This document shows, piece after piece, positions 20,151 to 32,000 of a stretch of DNA of 64,000 nucleotides; positions within the stretch are counted from its first letter, which is position 1; each line of letters begins with the position of its first letter. Made by a program: the position numbers and the translations under genes. The notes beneath the pieces were generated by a model. That model did no database searches. It saw nothing but the letters and a program-made list of their open reading frames with translations, and was not told the origin of the DNA. The stretch comes from a virus (Duplodnaviria > Caudoviricetes). Location of the stretch: positions 15,805-79,804 of IMG/VR virus record IMGVR_UViG_3300022552_000005. The stretch is one strand, 5' to 3'.

Positions 20151-21919
20151 TATTGTGGATCGCTCAATAATGGAACTACGCGCAGTTTACAATATTTATA
20201 ATTAACATTATAACCAACATCTCGTACAAAATCCCAATAAAAATTATGCCATTCTCCAGAGGGTGAAGAAGATAAATAGGTTGTTCCCTCACCTAAATAC
20301 TGTAAAGTAAAATAATCACGTTTGCGGCTACAATCCTGCCATGTACAACCGTCATCTAATGAATATTGAATTACAACATCAAAATGGCGACTATATCTAT
20401 CCATAAGTTTATATTCTAACAAAGCATAATCTAAACATTTATATACAATTGGAGTTAATTCTGCCGTCGGTTCGTTATAATAGGTACCAGACGGCATATA
20501 AACATTCGGACCAATTCCATTGTACGCTGTAAAACCGCCCGCGCCACCAAATGATGGAATGAGATGCCATGCAATTTGAGTCCAATTATTATTACTGTCA
20601 TATTTGAATAAATATGCCACATTGGCAGTTTCAGCGCCCATTGTCAAATTACCCAAAACGCCCCCACGACACGCTGTATAAAATAATACATACAAATCAT
20701 TTTTATAAGTATCAACATAAGTGTAGACGTGCCCTTGACGAGTCTTCATAATAGATGGCAACGAATCAGTAACATCATACCACACACTTAAATCTTCGCT
20801 ATAAGCATGATAAACTCCTGAGGGACCGCCCAGAAAAACATGAATTTTATCATTATAGCTTACTATATCACCTTTAGTGGCGCGCTCAAATCCGTAAGCA
20901 CGAGCATGAATGCCACCATATATTAAATCACCAAGCCAATTAAAATTGGTCAGATTTTGTTTATGACTACGTTCGCCACGTTTCCAATCGCCCACAATAA
21001 TGCGCGAAATCACGCCACTTGCCTCTAGCATATATAAATTACCATTATGTTTGGCAAGCCACTTAGGGTTGGGTGAGTAAACATCTTTGTTAGAACTATA
21101 AACTAATTCAATGTCATTTTCACCGCTACCATGAACTACTATTAGGTCACATGAATTACAAGCAACAATTTTATTTTGATATTCTATACAATCGGTCATA
21201 TTGAAATTATAAGTCCAAAAATCGCGCAAATTATTATCATAAGCAATTGCATTGTTATATTCATTTTTCATCCATTGTGGAACGGGGACCAGTAATGACG
21301 AACGATAAATCGAGGTAAGTCCACTACCATTATTAAGTTCGGGATTGAAAACTCCATAAACATACTGCAATAAACCTGATTGGGGTCCGTAAATTATAAC
21401 AGCCTCCTCACCACTTGAACGAACAGCACCACGTTGCCTTACATCTGCCGCACCAACAAAAATAATATTTCCATTATAATTCAAAAAAGCTGGCATTAAG
21501 CCATGATAATGGTGGCTATCAATTCCTGCTCTATCATGGGAACCAAATAAAACATGTACACCGTGTTCATTGCTTAATAAATTTTGTGCATAATAATCGT
21601 ATTCTGCAAAAACATGATTAAAGATATAACCACCATATTTTTCACCATAATTATATTCGCTAACATCTAAAAAGGCAGTATAAACATCACCACGTAAAAC
21701 AGCTAAACTTGCATTACTAAGATAAATACCTGGTAGCGCACTAAAAGTTCCATCAGCCTCATGTCTTATTAATGTTTTAATATCACTAAAATAAGCTGTC
21801 AATTCACCACGTGTAGCATCGGAATCCGGGGCTTTATCTACCCAATGATGTAAACTATGGAGTGTTGCCCCATCTAAAATAAACAATCTATCATTGCCAC
21901 GATAAACAAACTTAATCAT
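20150..21919 (-). CDS. Beta-propeller-like tail protein with shared C-terminal module
   Basis: Repeating 'YN.K I.VF' strands; C-terminal 'QYSLDDGCTWQ...FYWDFVRDVG'. Confidence 0.5.
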   Translation of the reverse strand: MIKFVYRGNDRLFILDGATLHSLHHWVDKAPDSDATRGELTAYFSDIKTLIRHEADGTFSALPGIYLSNASLAVLRGDVYTAFLDVSEYNYGEKYGGYIFNHVFAEYDYYAQNLLSNEHGVHVLFGSHDRAGIDSHHYHGLMPAFLNYNGNIIFVGAADVRQRGAVRSSGEEAVIIYGPQSGLLQYVYGVFNPELNNGSGLTSIYRSSLLVPVPQWMKNEYNNAIAYDNNLRDFWTYNFNMTDCIEYQNKIVACNSCDLIVVHGSGENDIELVYSSNKDVYSPNPKWLAKHNGNLYMLEASGVISRIIVGDWKRGERSHKQNLTNFNWLGDLIYGGIHARAYGFERATKGDIVSYNDKIHVFLGGPSGVYHAYSEDLSVWYDVTDSLPSIMKTRQGHVYTYVDTYKNDLYVLFYTACRGGVLGNLTMGAETANVAYLFKYDSNNNWTQIAWHLIPSFGGAGGFTAYNGIGPNVYMPSGTYYNEPTAELTPIVYKCLDYALLEYKLMDRYSRHFDVVIQYSLDDGCTWQDCSRKRDYFTLQYLGEGTTYLSSSPSGEWHNFYWDFVRDVGYNVNYKYCKLRVVPLLSDPQ

Positions 21920-24140
21920 TGGCGTAGGCTCTTATTCGTAACTGTACATATGGTAGAATACTACGGCTTCCTATATCTTTTGTATAATCCCAGGCAAACA
22001 TGTATTCCTTACCAATTATACCAGATGGATCTGTTGAAATATCGCCTGTGCTTAAATTAGTAGTTGGACAAGATAAGGTTGAATGAGGTGTAGCATCATA
22101 CCAATTAATATAATCAGTAGTATATTGAACCTCAATGTTTACATTTCTGAAAAACGGATAATCATAAATTCTAAATGGTTGCCAAACAACACGATTAATT
22201 CGATCTTCCTTAGGAAAGCGCTCATAATAAGTACCTGAAGTTAACACCACCGCTGGTTCATGCATATCTGTTGGCTCAATCCACATTAATTGCTTACATT
22301 GAAATTGGTTTCTAAAAATGAAATTCCCATTAGAATCTAATACATAATACAATACTTGATTAGAAACACCTGAATTACTCAAATAATAAGTATTATTCTG
22401 GAAAGCATATTCATCCTCTACAAAGAAAAGATGCAGCCTATCATCTGTCTCATCTTTCCAACCAAGAATATGATAATTTGTTACACCAACCCAATTGTAA
22501 CCGCTATTAGCAACACCTACAGGACGCAAATTATTATCAAATCCAGTCGGTTCAATTGTATAAGTCGGCGCGAGATAACGGGTTATCGATTGATAACGCA
22601 TCGGAATATCCCAACTGGAGGGTGAAGAATCATAATCGCAATTATAAAAAGTTCCACTTCCCTGCCAGGTGGCTTTGATACCATCGCGCTGACACCAACC
22701 AGAAGGCTCACATTTTATTGCCGGTCCATTAATCCCTGATGGCTGACCGTTGGCTACGGTATCAAAATTATTATATCCAGAAAATCGATAAGGCGAAATA
22801 ATACCTAAGTAAGTCGTTAAATTCATTCCAGAAGGTGGAATAATTCCGCTACTCGGCAAATCAAAAGTATGATCGGTCCATTCATCAAAATTAGTCGTAG
22901 AAGCGCAAAAAACACCGCGCCGCTGTTTACCATTTTCTTCATATAAATAATTTAAAAAAACATACAGTCGCCCGCCAACATCGCCAGCAAAGCACATATA
23001 ACTATTTCGTTTCCAACCTTCATAACCAATTTTACCGCCAAAAATTCCAGAACCATGCGGTGCTTCAAAATAATCACGCACATCACAAACCAAACTTATA
23101 TATCCATTATCAAGTTTCAATATCTTTCCGTCATTCTGTAGAAAGAAAAGTTCACCATTATAAATAAAAGGATACTTATAGCAAACACCATATGGTGTAG
23201 TATCATCATAATCCCAATAAGTTAAACAATAATAACGATTCGTATAAGAATCTTCTATATCTTTTGTATTCTGAGCCAATATTAACGAAGGATAACTAAA
23301 AGAAGGAACGCCAGGAATAACAATACCAACACTATCATCCGTAACGGCTACAAAAATTCCTTTGTAATGAACCACTTTTAAAGGTATGGTAAACTCAATA
23401 TAAGTTGGATTAAGTTGTACAAAATCATCATCATAATATTGAATACCACGTCCGCCGTAGTCACGGGTTTCGATACCCCCCCAATATTCTCCGTAAAACC
23501 AAGCAAACTGTCCAGGAATTGCTATATAACCTGACCCCTCATATAACTCCTCTGCAGAGTGCCAACGATGTTGAGTATGATGGATATAACGAGCGGCATA
23601 TTTGAACAAATCAAACCATTGAGTTTCACGTCCATCAAAAATATGAACACCATCAATAAATGATAATAATGCTAAACTTTCATTATAATTACGATCCAAC
23701 CGTGCAATTCTTTTATAATACGCATCTTGAATAATGTCATGAGTTTCTGCATTTGAAAAGTTGTCACCAAGGGCAGCAACCATATAAATACGAGGATATT
23801 TAATGCCACTAGGAGGACAAACATAATTTTCTAATGAAGATAACCCATATGGACAAAATGCCCAAATACATTCATCAGCGATACTATCTACTCCTACAGT
23901 TTCCCGAAATAATAATTCTTTACCACACCAAGCTAAACAACGGCTGCCAAAATTATCCTGATTATCCCAATCGGTTTCATATATGTAATGTGAACCATCT
24001 TCTACACGTTGAATGTTCGGTTTAGGCAAATGACAGACATTTCCACTTGGACCAATAAAAATTAAAAAAGGATATCCGTCAGTCCAAGAATACCCAGTTC
24101 TACCAACCGCTTGTCCGGCTAAAATTTTACCTGCGTACAT
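21912..24140 (-). CDS. Large tail protein with shared C-terminal module
   Basis: C-terminal 'QYTTDYINWYDAT...TNLSTG...YMFAWDYTKDIG...LRIRA'. Confidence 0.5.
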   Translation of the reverse strand: MYAGKILAGQAVGRTGYSWTDGYPFLIFIGPSGNVCHLPKPNIQRVEDGSHYIYETDWDNQDNFGSRCLAWCGKELLFRETVGVDSIADECIWAFCPYGLSSLENYVCPPSGIKYPRIYMVAALGDNFSNAETHDIIQDAYYKRIARLDRNYNESLALLSFIDGVHIFDGRETQWFDLFKYAARYIHHTQHRWHSAEELYEGSGYIAIPGQFAWFYGEYWGGIETRDYGGRGIQYYDDDFVQLNPTYIEFTIPLKVVHYKGIFVAVTDDSVGIVIPGVPSFSYPSLILAQNTKDIEDSYTNRYYCLTYWDYDDTTPYGVCYKYPFIYNGELFFLQNDGKILKLDNGYISLVCDVRDYFEAPHGSGIFGGKIGYEGWKRNSYMCFAGDVGGRLYVFLNYLYEENGKQRRGVFCASTTNFDEWTDHTFDLPSSGIIPPSGMNLTTYLGIISPYRFSGYNNFDTVANGQPSGINGPAIKCEPSGWCQRDGIKATWQGSGTFYNCDYDSSPSSWDIPMRYQSITRYLAPTYTIEPTGFDNNLRPVGVANSGYNWVGVTNYHILGWKDETDDRLHLFFVEDEYAFQNNTYYLSNSGVSNQVLYYVLDSNGNFIFRNQFQCKQLMWIEPTDMHEPAVVLTSGTYYERFPKEDRINRVVWQPFRIYDYPFFRNVNIEVQYTTDYINWYDATPHSTLSCPTTNLSTGDISTDPSGIIGKEYMFAWDYTKDIGSRSILPYVQLRIRAYAND

Positions 24141-24700
24141 TATAGATATTTATAGGTTACTCGATATCTAAAACCATTAGTTCCATCGCCGCCGTAAATG
24201 CCTACTGGAATGTTTGGATCAACTCCGACACTTAAATAAATATACTGGCTAACCGAATTATCCGTTCCTGCCTCAGTAATCTCTTTAACACCATCCCATT
24301 TATATAAATTCTGCCCGCTGGGTAGCGACAACGAGGAATACATTCCGCTGCTATGAGTTAATTTCAGTCCCGAGTGCCACATTCCAGTAATGTATTGATT
24401 AAAATAAACATTATAATCAGTCCCCAAACCAACAAAGTCAGAAGTAGAACAAATCCAAAACTTCATATCAAAGATTTTTTGAGTGGCATCACCCATATCA
24501 TCAACAACCCACACAACACACTTAGTGGGCGAATCAACAATTACACCACTACTAATATCCAATGTGCCAAAATCCAAAGCGCCACCAGCACCAGTGTGAA
24601 GATTCTTAATATAACCTGACGCCGTGGTTAAATGACGTTGTCCGCTTGGATCTGGACCATTAATGTCAAATAGTGCAAAATGAGTGGTTGGCGGATTCAT
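24140..24700 (-). CDS. Small tail-region protein, paralog family A
   Basis: 'IFDMKFWICSTSDF','LPSGQNLYKWDG','SQYIYLSV','PVGIYG...GFRYRVTY'. Confidence 0.5.
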   Translation of the reverse strand: MNPPTTHFALFDINGPDPSGQRHLTTASGYIKNLHTGAGGALDFGTLDISSGVIVDSPTKCVVWVVDDMGDATQKIFDMKFWICSTSDFVGLGTDYNVYFNQYITGMWHSGLKLTHSSGMYSSLSLPSGQNLYKWDGVKEITEAGTDNSVSQYIYLSVGVDPNIPVGIYGGDGTNGFRYRVTYKYL

Positions 24701-24713
24701 TTACTTTTCTCCT

Positions 24714-26018
24714 CTATAGATAAGTCAAATAGCTATTATATGCCGGTGCAGTAAATGCCCATCTAATGCTAAATTCTACAATATCCCCGCTATCATCTAT
24801 AGAATACGTTTTCTGAACTACCCTGTAACTCGTTCCATAACCAGTAGGAGCAGCTGCTGCAATTCGAGCATTAATAAAATCTTTTAACAAATACAACGGA
24901 TAATCGCTTTTCTTTTGGGCACGACCCCGAATAGTCACGTAACCTTCTGTTGAAGTTCCCAAATCTTGAACTACTGGACCATCGGGTTTATCTACAATAG
25001 TATGAGTGGCATAAAGAGTAACCGGCTCATCTATTTCTTTTACTAATTCAAAACTAATAATTCCAGACGGTAATGCATTAACATCATCAACGAAAGATAC
25101 ATCATAGGTAATTATACCATCGAATTTATTCTCAGTTAAATTTAACGAACGCGGTGATTGGCTTAGGTTACGCGTACCTCCATATCTTAAATAAACTCCA
25201 GACGCTACACTAGGTAAACGCGGCAAAACATTAGCCCATCCCTCTAAAGCATGCTGATAAGCCGCATCTCCTCGTCCCAAGCCACGTATTTCACCATCAA
25301 TGTCAACGTTAACACTACCATTTTCATTAACACTATAAGAAGCATTATAAACATGAATATATGTTCCAGAAGATAAAATAAATTTTTCTGTTACCTCATA
25401 TGTGCTTTCATAAGTATCAGCATTTTCTACGCGAAATGATTCATATGGTTGTAACGCACCGGAACCCTCCGTAAAAGCGGGCATAAAACTTGGTGCATTA
25501 TTATAACCTACTTTTGACAAAACAAAGTCGCGCGCGTTTTCTAAAGCATTGTTACCGCTAGTAGCTGTATTAAGCCCCTTAGCACTAATATTGTGTTCAA
25601 CCGTGATGGTACGACGGTCTTCGTTTTCCTCGTAGGACCAAGTTTCAGAATAAGTCTCGATATTACCTATTGCGCCCGATTCTTTAATGAAAAGCTCGGC
25701 GGTATAATCAATACGGTCAACCCACACACCCTCAGTAAACTCTAAACTATTAACGCGCGGACAACCCGAAACAAGAACGTCTCCATTATAAACAATCTTA
25801 AAAACTTCATTATCACGACTAAGTGCATCTTCTAATTCTTGACGCTTCTGCATTATTACGCCAAAGTCGCCGCTCGGAAATAGTAAGGTTCCATTCAGCC
25901 CATAAGTAATCGTGCGATAAATTAAATTTTCCTTTTCATCGTACTCTTGAGCTATACTATAAGTAATTAACGGTGCAGGAAGAAATTGATAATTACCGTA
26001 ATAAACCTCCGCCGCCAT
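24714..26018 (-). CDS. Putative distal tail/hub protein
   Basis: 434 aa, beta-rich, immediately downstream of the tape measure (canonical Dit position). Confidence 0.45.
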   Translation of the reverse strand: MAAEVYYGNYQFLPAPLITYSIAQEYDEKENLIYRTITYGLNGTLLFPSGDFGVIMQKRQELEDALSRDNEVFKIVYNGDVLVSGCPRVNSLEFTEGVWVDRIDYTAELFIKESGAIGNIETYSETWSYEENEDRRTITVEHNISAKGLNTATSGNNALENARDFVLSKVGYNNAPSFMPAFTEGSGALQPYESFRVENADTYESTYEVTEKFILSSGTYIHVYNASYSVNENGSVNVDIDGEIRGLGRGDAAYQHALEGWANVLPRLPSVASGVYLRYGGTRNLSQSPRSLNLTENKFDGIITYDVSFVDDVNALPSGIISFELVKEIDEPVTLYATHTIVDKPDGPVVQDLGTSTEGYVTIRGRAQKKSDYPLYLLKDFINARIAAAAPTGYGTSYRVVQKTYSIDDSGDIVEFSIRWAFTAPAYNSYLTYL

Positions 26019-26020
26019 TT

Positions 26021-29000
26021 TTATACTCCATCAACACCCATTTCTTTCAATCTTTGTAATATATTCAATAATGTACTCTTAAGAGCCGTAAATTCTGCCC
26101 GCGATACGGCTTGTTTCATGTTACGTTGCCAGATACGCTCAATTTCGCTGGATAATTCATTAATACCACTAATATGAATCTCGCGCCGACCATCAAGAGA
26201 AATATTAATTTTCTGCTCTGGTTTTTCTTTAACCTTGTTGTTTATTTTTTCAATAAGCTGTTCAACTCGATTGATCAACGAACGAAAATCAGTCGTCTCA
26301 ATAGTTTTTTCTTTGATAATCTCTTTCCTAATCGGCGCATTAACAACCTGCGCCATTGTATTCTGCAATTTATCCGGCAAATTCAACTGCCCGAAAATCT
26401 TCTTAGCTTGATCCTTAGTAAGAATTAGTTCTGACGTATTGGCAACCACAAGTTCGCTTCCACGTGGCATTTCACGTTTTTCTCGCTCTGCCGCCATTTT
26501 TAATGAGAATAATTCGGCAGGACTAAGTCCACCGGCGCGTGTTTGAGTTCCGGCAACTCGATATATGCGAATTCTAACATTATTAATCGCGGTAATTAAC
26601 TTACTTATCCAGCCGGGTAAATTTTGCCTAATAAAGTCCACACTAGTGCTGATTGACTTAAGAAGTACGTTAGTTCCGTCAGCAATAGTATTAGTAATAT
26701 CTTGATTAGTTCCAATTAATGTATTTTGCAAACTAATTAATTCGGCTTGTTTCTCTATTAATGCCTGTTTAAGACTTTCAATGCGATCGTGTAATTCCTC
26801 AACTGTTTTCTTTGAATCGGCAATAATTGCATTTGATTGTTCAATTATTTTTTTATTTTCGGCAACGGTTTCTGCACTTTTAAGAACTGCCAGGGTCACC
26901 TCGTCCATTTTGCTTTGTACCGCAGTAACGCCAACAGTATTCTCTGCGATTTTGCCAGCTTGAAACTTAGCTGAGGCAGAACCCTCTTGTAATACATTAT
27001 ACAGTTGCATAAACTGATTTTGTAAATTCGCCTGAAAACTTAATTGCTGATTAAGCTGAGCCTGAAGCAACTTGCGGCGCTCTAAGGCTTCGGATAATTG
27101 CTGCTCTAATGTTTGTTCTTGATTAAAAGCAGCCTGTCTCAATTCATCGATTTTTTCGCGAGCCTGTTGAGCTTCCTGTATTTGTTTCTCCGTTTGACTT
27201 AATTCTTGTTCCAGCAAATTAACCATCATGCCGGTAGAATTAGCTGTGCGTTGTTGAGCATCAAAAGCCTTTTTATTAAGATCGGCGACCTCTGCACTCT
27301 TGCGAATAATTTCTTCATTGAGCCGTTCTAAGGCGGTAGTATCAATGCCGATACGCTCAAGTCCAGCTTTAGCAATTTCAATTTCGATACCTGGACCACG
27401 TTGTAGTTTTAATAATTCAACCACAGTGTCGCGCAAAAATAAGGGTACTTCTGACAAATCACGATTAATATATTGCATAGCCAAGGCTATTTTGGCAAGA
27501 CGAGAATAATTTGCAGTATACAGCCCCTCGCCAAATCTTTTAATACTGTTAAATTGATCTTGCAAAACATTAATAATTTGCTGGTTGAGATCTGCCCGAA
27601 TACGATAAATAGCCTCTTCGCTTGCTGCTATACCATTAACTGCCGCATCATATGAGGCGGTAATAGCATCAATCTGATCTTGCCAGGTACGATATATTCC
27701 TAATTGCCTTTTAATGCCGATTAAATATTTTTGATTTTCATAATTAAGATTTATCGTCGCATCATTGATTTCTCTAATACGTTGATTATGTTCCTCAAAT
27801 GCCCGAACAAGTGCGATTTCCTCACGTAATTGTTTAGCTTTCGTCTCTAATTCCGGCAAACGAGCAACCTTTTTTGCTAATCTTGGCGGTGGGGTCCATG
27901 CTATTTGAGCTTGTAACTTAGCAATTGTTTTATCTAAATCAAGCAAACTATTACGTAAACCAGCTATTTTGTCCGCGGTAGTATTAATCTTCGATGATAG
28001 ATCGCCTAGTTTACGAATATTAATACTTTCAATTTCTCGGGTTAAACGCTTACGTTCTTGTTCAATTGCCCGCTCAGCTTGCCTGCGATCTTGTTCAGCT
28101 TTTTTTGCTCGTTGAATGTTTTTAATAATAAGATCATATAAAGCATTAATTTGCTGCTCAACAGATTTTTTAAATTCTAGTGCAACCGTTGCTTTTAATT
28201 GTAATTCGAAAGCTTGCACATAAGGAGTGGCAGCTTCACCTAATTTCTGTTTAAGTTCTTCAATTTTTTCTTTCTGAAAATCAATTAGTTTCGCTCGCTT
28301 TTCAGCAAAATCAGCGTCAATCTTGGCAATCTTAGCAAATGTGACTGCAGTAGCTTGGGCTAAATCATCCTGAGCTCTAATAACAGCATCTAAATTTTGA
28401 ATACCTAACTCAATATCACGTAACATAAGTGCCGATTGCAGACGGTTAACCTCAATTATAAACTGTTCCGTGGTAGTACGTGCTTTAATTGCTGCCGTTT
28501 CAAGTAATTTAAATAACTGTCCATACATATCGCGCCAACGACGAGCAGTTTGTTCCAAGGCGCGTTGCTTCATCTCCTCAGCCCGACGAGCAACCTCACC
28601 ACTAAGTTTTTCAGCTTCATCTAAAAGTTTAATCTTTGTAACACTTGATTCAATTGCCTTAACGATTTCCTTAGCAAATTCAGGATGAGCTTTAGCAAAT
28701 TCTTCTAAAGCCTCCTTAGCCTCCTCTATTCCAGTTGCCTGATCGCGCATATAAGCAACAGTCTCTTGAAATTCTCTCTGTAAACTATTAAGTCCATCCT
28801 CTAATGCTTTAATACCAACACTGGTAATATTATCTATTTCGCCGGGCAACTCAACAAACGCATCGCGCAATCCATAAGTTGCCGTTACCATATTTCTGAA
28901 ATTAGTAAAAGCACGATTGCTAGCAGATTGAAGTCCTTCCAATGCGCTATTAAAATCAATAGTTTGAGTAGTGCTGAACTTTAATAAGTCATTAAAATAT

Positions 29001-32000
29001 GCTAACTGAGTTCCGATGTCTTTAATCGCACCAACTGTTTGATCGCCAGTTTCAGTCACGCCAGTAAATTCAATTGTAAATCCTTCACGAGTAATATCCT
29101 CAATTAAAGCGCCAAGATTAATTAAATCACGATTCACTGGACCATAATTTTTCTCTACGAAATCGACAACAACTTGCAGCCGTTCTTTCGCTAAGTCAGA
29201 CAACAACTGCCGGAAAAATTGGGTACGTTCGGTAACTCGATTAAAAATAGTATTCAAATCCTGCATTTGCTTACTGATTTGTACAAGCGATTGGAATGAC
29301 TTATCCAAATTACGTGCTAATTCCCCAGCACCAGCCGTTAAAATAAGCTTTACATTAACTTTGCGCGGTAATGCTAAACGTGATATAAACTCTTCACCCA
29401 GTTTTCCACTAGCAAAAGTCTGTACTAAACGCGCATACCCTTTATTAACTAGTCCAATCCGTAATGCTTCGACAGAACGGGCTTTTGCTAAAACAGCCTG
29501 CGCATCAACAAGTTCCGCCGCCGTTCTTTCTTCTTCGGTAGCTAATTTCTCACGTGCTTTTAATGCTTCACTAGTACGATTAATAACCGCCGCTACAGTA
29601 GATAATGCCGCCCCAACTGCCGCAGCAGCAGGACCTAACGGAGCTAGAAACGCAGCACCTTTAGCTGCCGCTCCGCCAAAAGATAATAAATATCCACCTG
29701 TTTGCTCTAATGTGTTACCTGTTTTTACAATTTCATCACCAAAAGTTCCTATAACATTTCCAATAGATTCCAGGGCAGTCATTATTACAAGAGCACGACC
29801 AACTTCTTTTGCAAAATCTCTTGCGCCACCAGCCGCTTTTTGCATTGAGCGCGCCATCTGTTGCATGGCTACATTTGATGCGCGTACTTGTCGAACGCCT
29901 GGTCCAACACCACCCATTGCAACGGCTGGAGCGACGCCCATTCTCTGTTTAGTAAGCGCGTCAGCAAGCATACCGGTTTGTTTAAGGGCGGCATTTTGTT
30001 GTTGAATAGCAATAGTACTTTGTTCAACTGCGCGTGTAACCTGATTAAATCCATCAACTAACGCGCGTATTTGCGTTTCACTGCCGGTAATAAATGCTCT
30101 GAAATGACGTGCTGCTGTAATGATTTGAGGAATAAATACTTTACCAAAAATAACTAAAATTGTCCGTTTAAGTAATTGTAATACGCTAGCAGCATTCGTT
30201 ACACCTTTACCAATAGACTCGGCGATCATCTCGCCGATAGTTTTTACCTTTTCAACTTCACTAGTATCAACTTCAAGAGCTAACTTCTTAGTCAAAAATT
30301 TATCCCAAGCTTTTCCAAGATCAACAATATGAACTAACAATGAACTCGCGCCAAGAATTAACTTACGATAAACATCAACCGCACCAATTTCTTTTAATGT
30401 AGTTACTAATTTAACAATAGCATTAACTAATTGACGATGGGCATAACCAACTGTTTGAGCCTCAATAGCTTCCTTACGTAATGCCGATGTAGAAGCCTCG
30501 GTAGCAATAGCTAATAACCGATGATATTTATCGCTACGACTTAACAATGCGGACAGCTCGGTAAAACGGCGCTTACCACCAGCCAAACGTGCCATAGCTG
30601 CCCGCTGAGTTTCATCCATATATTGCCACGCCTGAGCCATTAATTCAATAATTTCAGACGTGGTCTTATATTCGCGAGAGGCTGCCTCAGTATCACCTGC
30701 CAAACGTAAAGTATTTTTAGCAAGTTTAATAATTTCCTCTCGATTCTGCGCAATAGAAACCAAAATAGTCTTCATGGCTGTACCGACGCGAGTAGCAGCC
30801 AACTGAGTTGTCCCAGCCACAGTTGCAATCATCGCGCCGAGCTCTTCGATGCTCACACCAAATGCAGAAGCAGTAGCGCCTGACCGAATAAAGCCCTTCG
30901 CCAAGTCTTCTACGGTAACAGCGCTATTATCCGCCAAATCAGAGAACATCGCGACATACTTTGCCGCTTTTTGGAAAGTAATGCCGAAAGCATTAACCGT
31001 AGTAATAAGTAGCTTGGAACCAGTAACAGCATCAACAGTTGAAATATTCAAAAGCTGCATAGTTGCCCGTGTGGCAGCCGCAATTTCATCAATGTTCTTT
31101 AAACCTTGGCGCGCGAAATTAGTTGCTGCATCTGAAACTTCGGCAAACGTTCGTCCGGTTTGAATTGCCATATCAACAAGACGATCAGTAAGTTGTTCGG
31201 TATCAACACCGGGAAGAACCTTTGCTAAACTCTTAGCTGTATCATCTAATAATCTTAATCCATCAACCGCTTGTCGAATAGCTTCAAGCATCTTAAATAA
31301 GCCAGCAGTATAAACAAAGAATGCTGAAAAACGTTTAGCAATCTGACCGATTTTCGCACCAAATTCAGCCGCGCTCATTCCGGCTTCACTATAAATTTTA
31401 TTTAAATTATCTTTATAGCGCGCCAACTCAACATCGCGCGGACTAAGAACTAAATTGAGTCGCCGTTGTGTAGGAATGGCTGCTAATTGTGCTCGTACTT
31501 CTTTTAATCGCTCAACAGCTCGTCTAATAGGTTTTGCAGGAAGCGCATGAGAAAATTGTTTACGTAATGCTGCCGCATCCCTAGCTACTAACCCTAATTC
31601 GCGACGCAGCTGATCGGCAATTCGTTTGGAAATTGTTAAATCTGCCCGTAATTTAATAGGTGGTTGAGAATCCATAAATTTCTGCAAGTTCTTATGAGCT
31701 TTACGCAATTCCTTATGAGGAAACTCAACTGGAACCTTAGCTACCAGTTTTAAATCACTAAATTGTTTTTTAGAAATAATGGGCTTAACGGGAATACGCA
31801 GCCTATAACCCGCCGCAGCAGTTGCAATATCTTTATTTATGGCACTTAATTGTGCCCTAATATCACCACGTTTAAGTTGGATCTGCGTGCTGATAATATA
31901 CTTTTTAGAAAAAAGTTTCTGCATGCTGGCACGCCAAGAGGACATCAAAGTTTTAATATCCGCGCGCATTTGTTGAATACCTTCGCGCAAACCAATAGAA

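Noticed and set aside
29361-30005. 214-aa plus-strand ORF and other antisense ORFs (e.g. 44614-44997, 46261-46584, 30849-31163)
   Set aside because: Shadows of long, codon-biased minus-strand genes; no motifs or RBS
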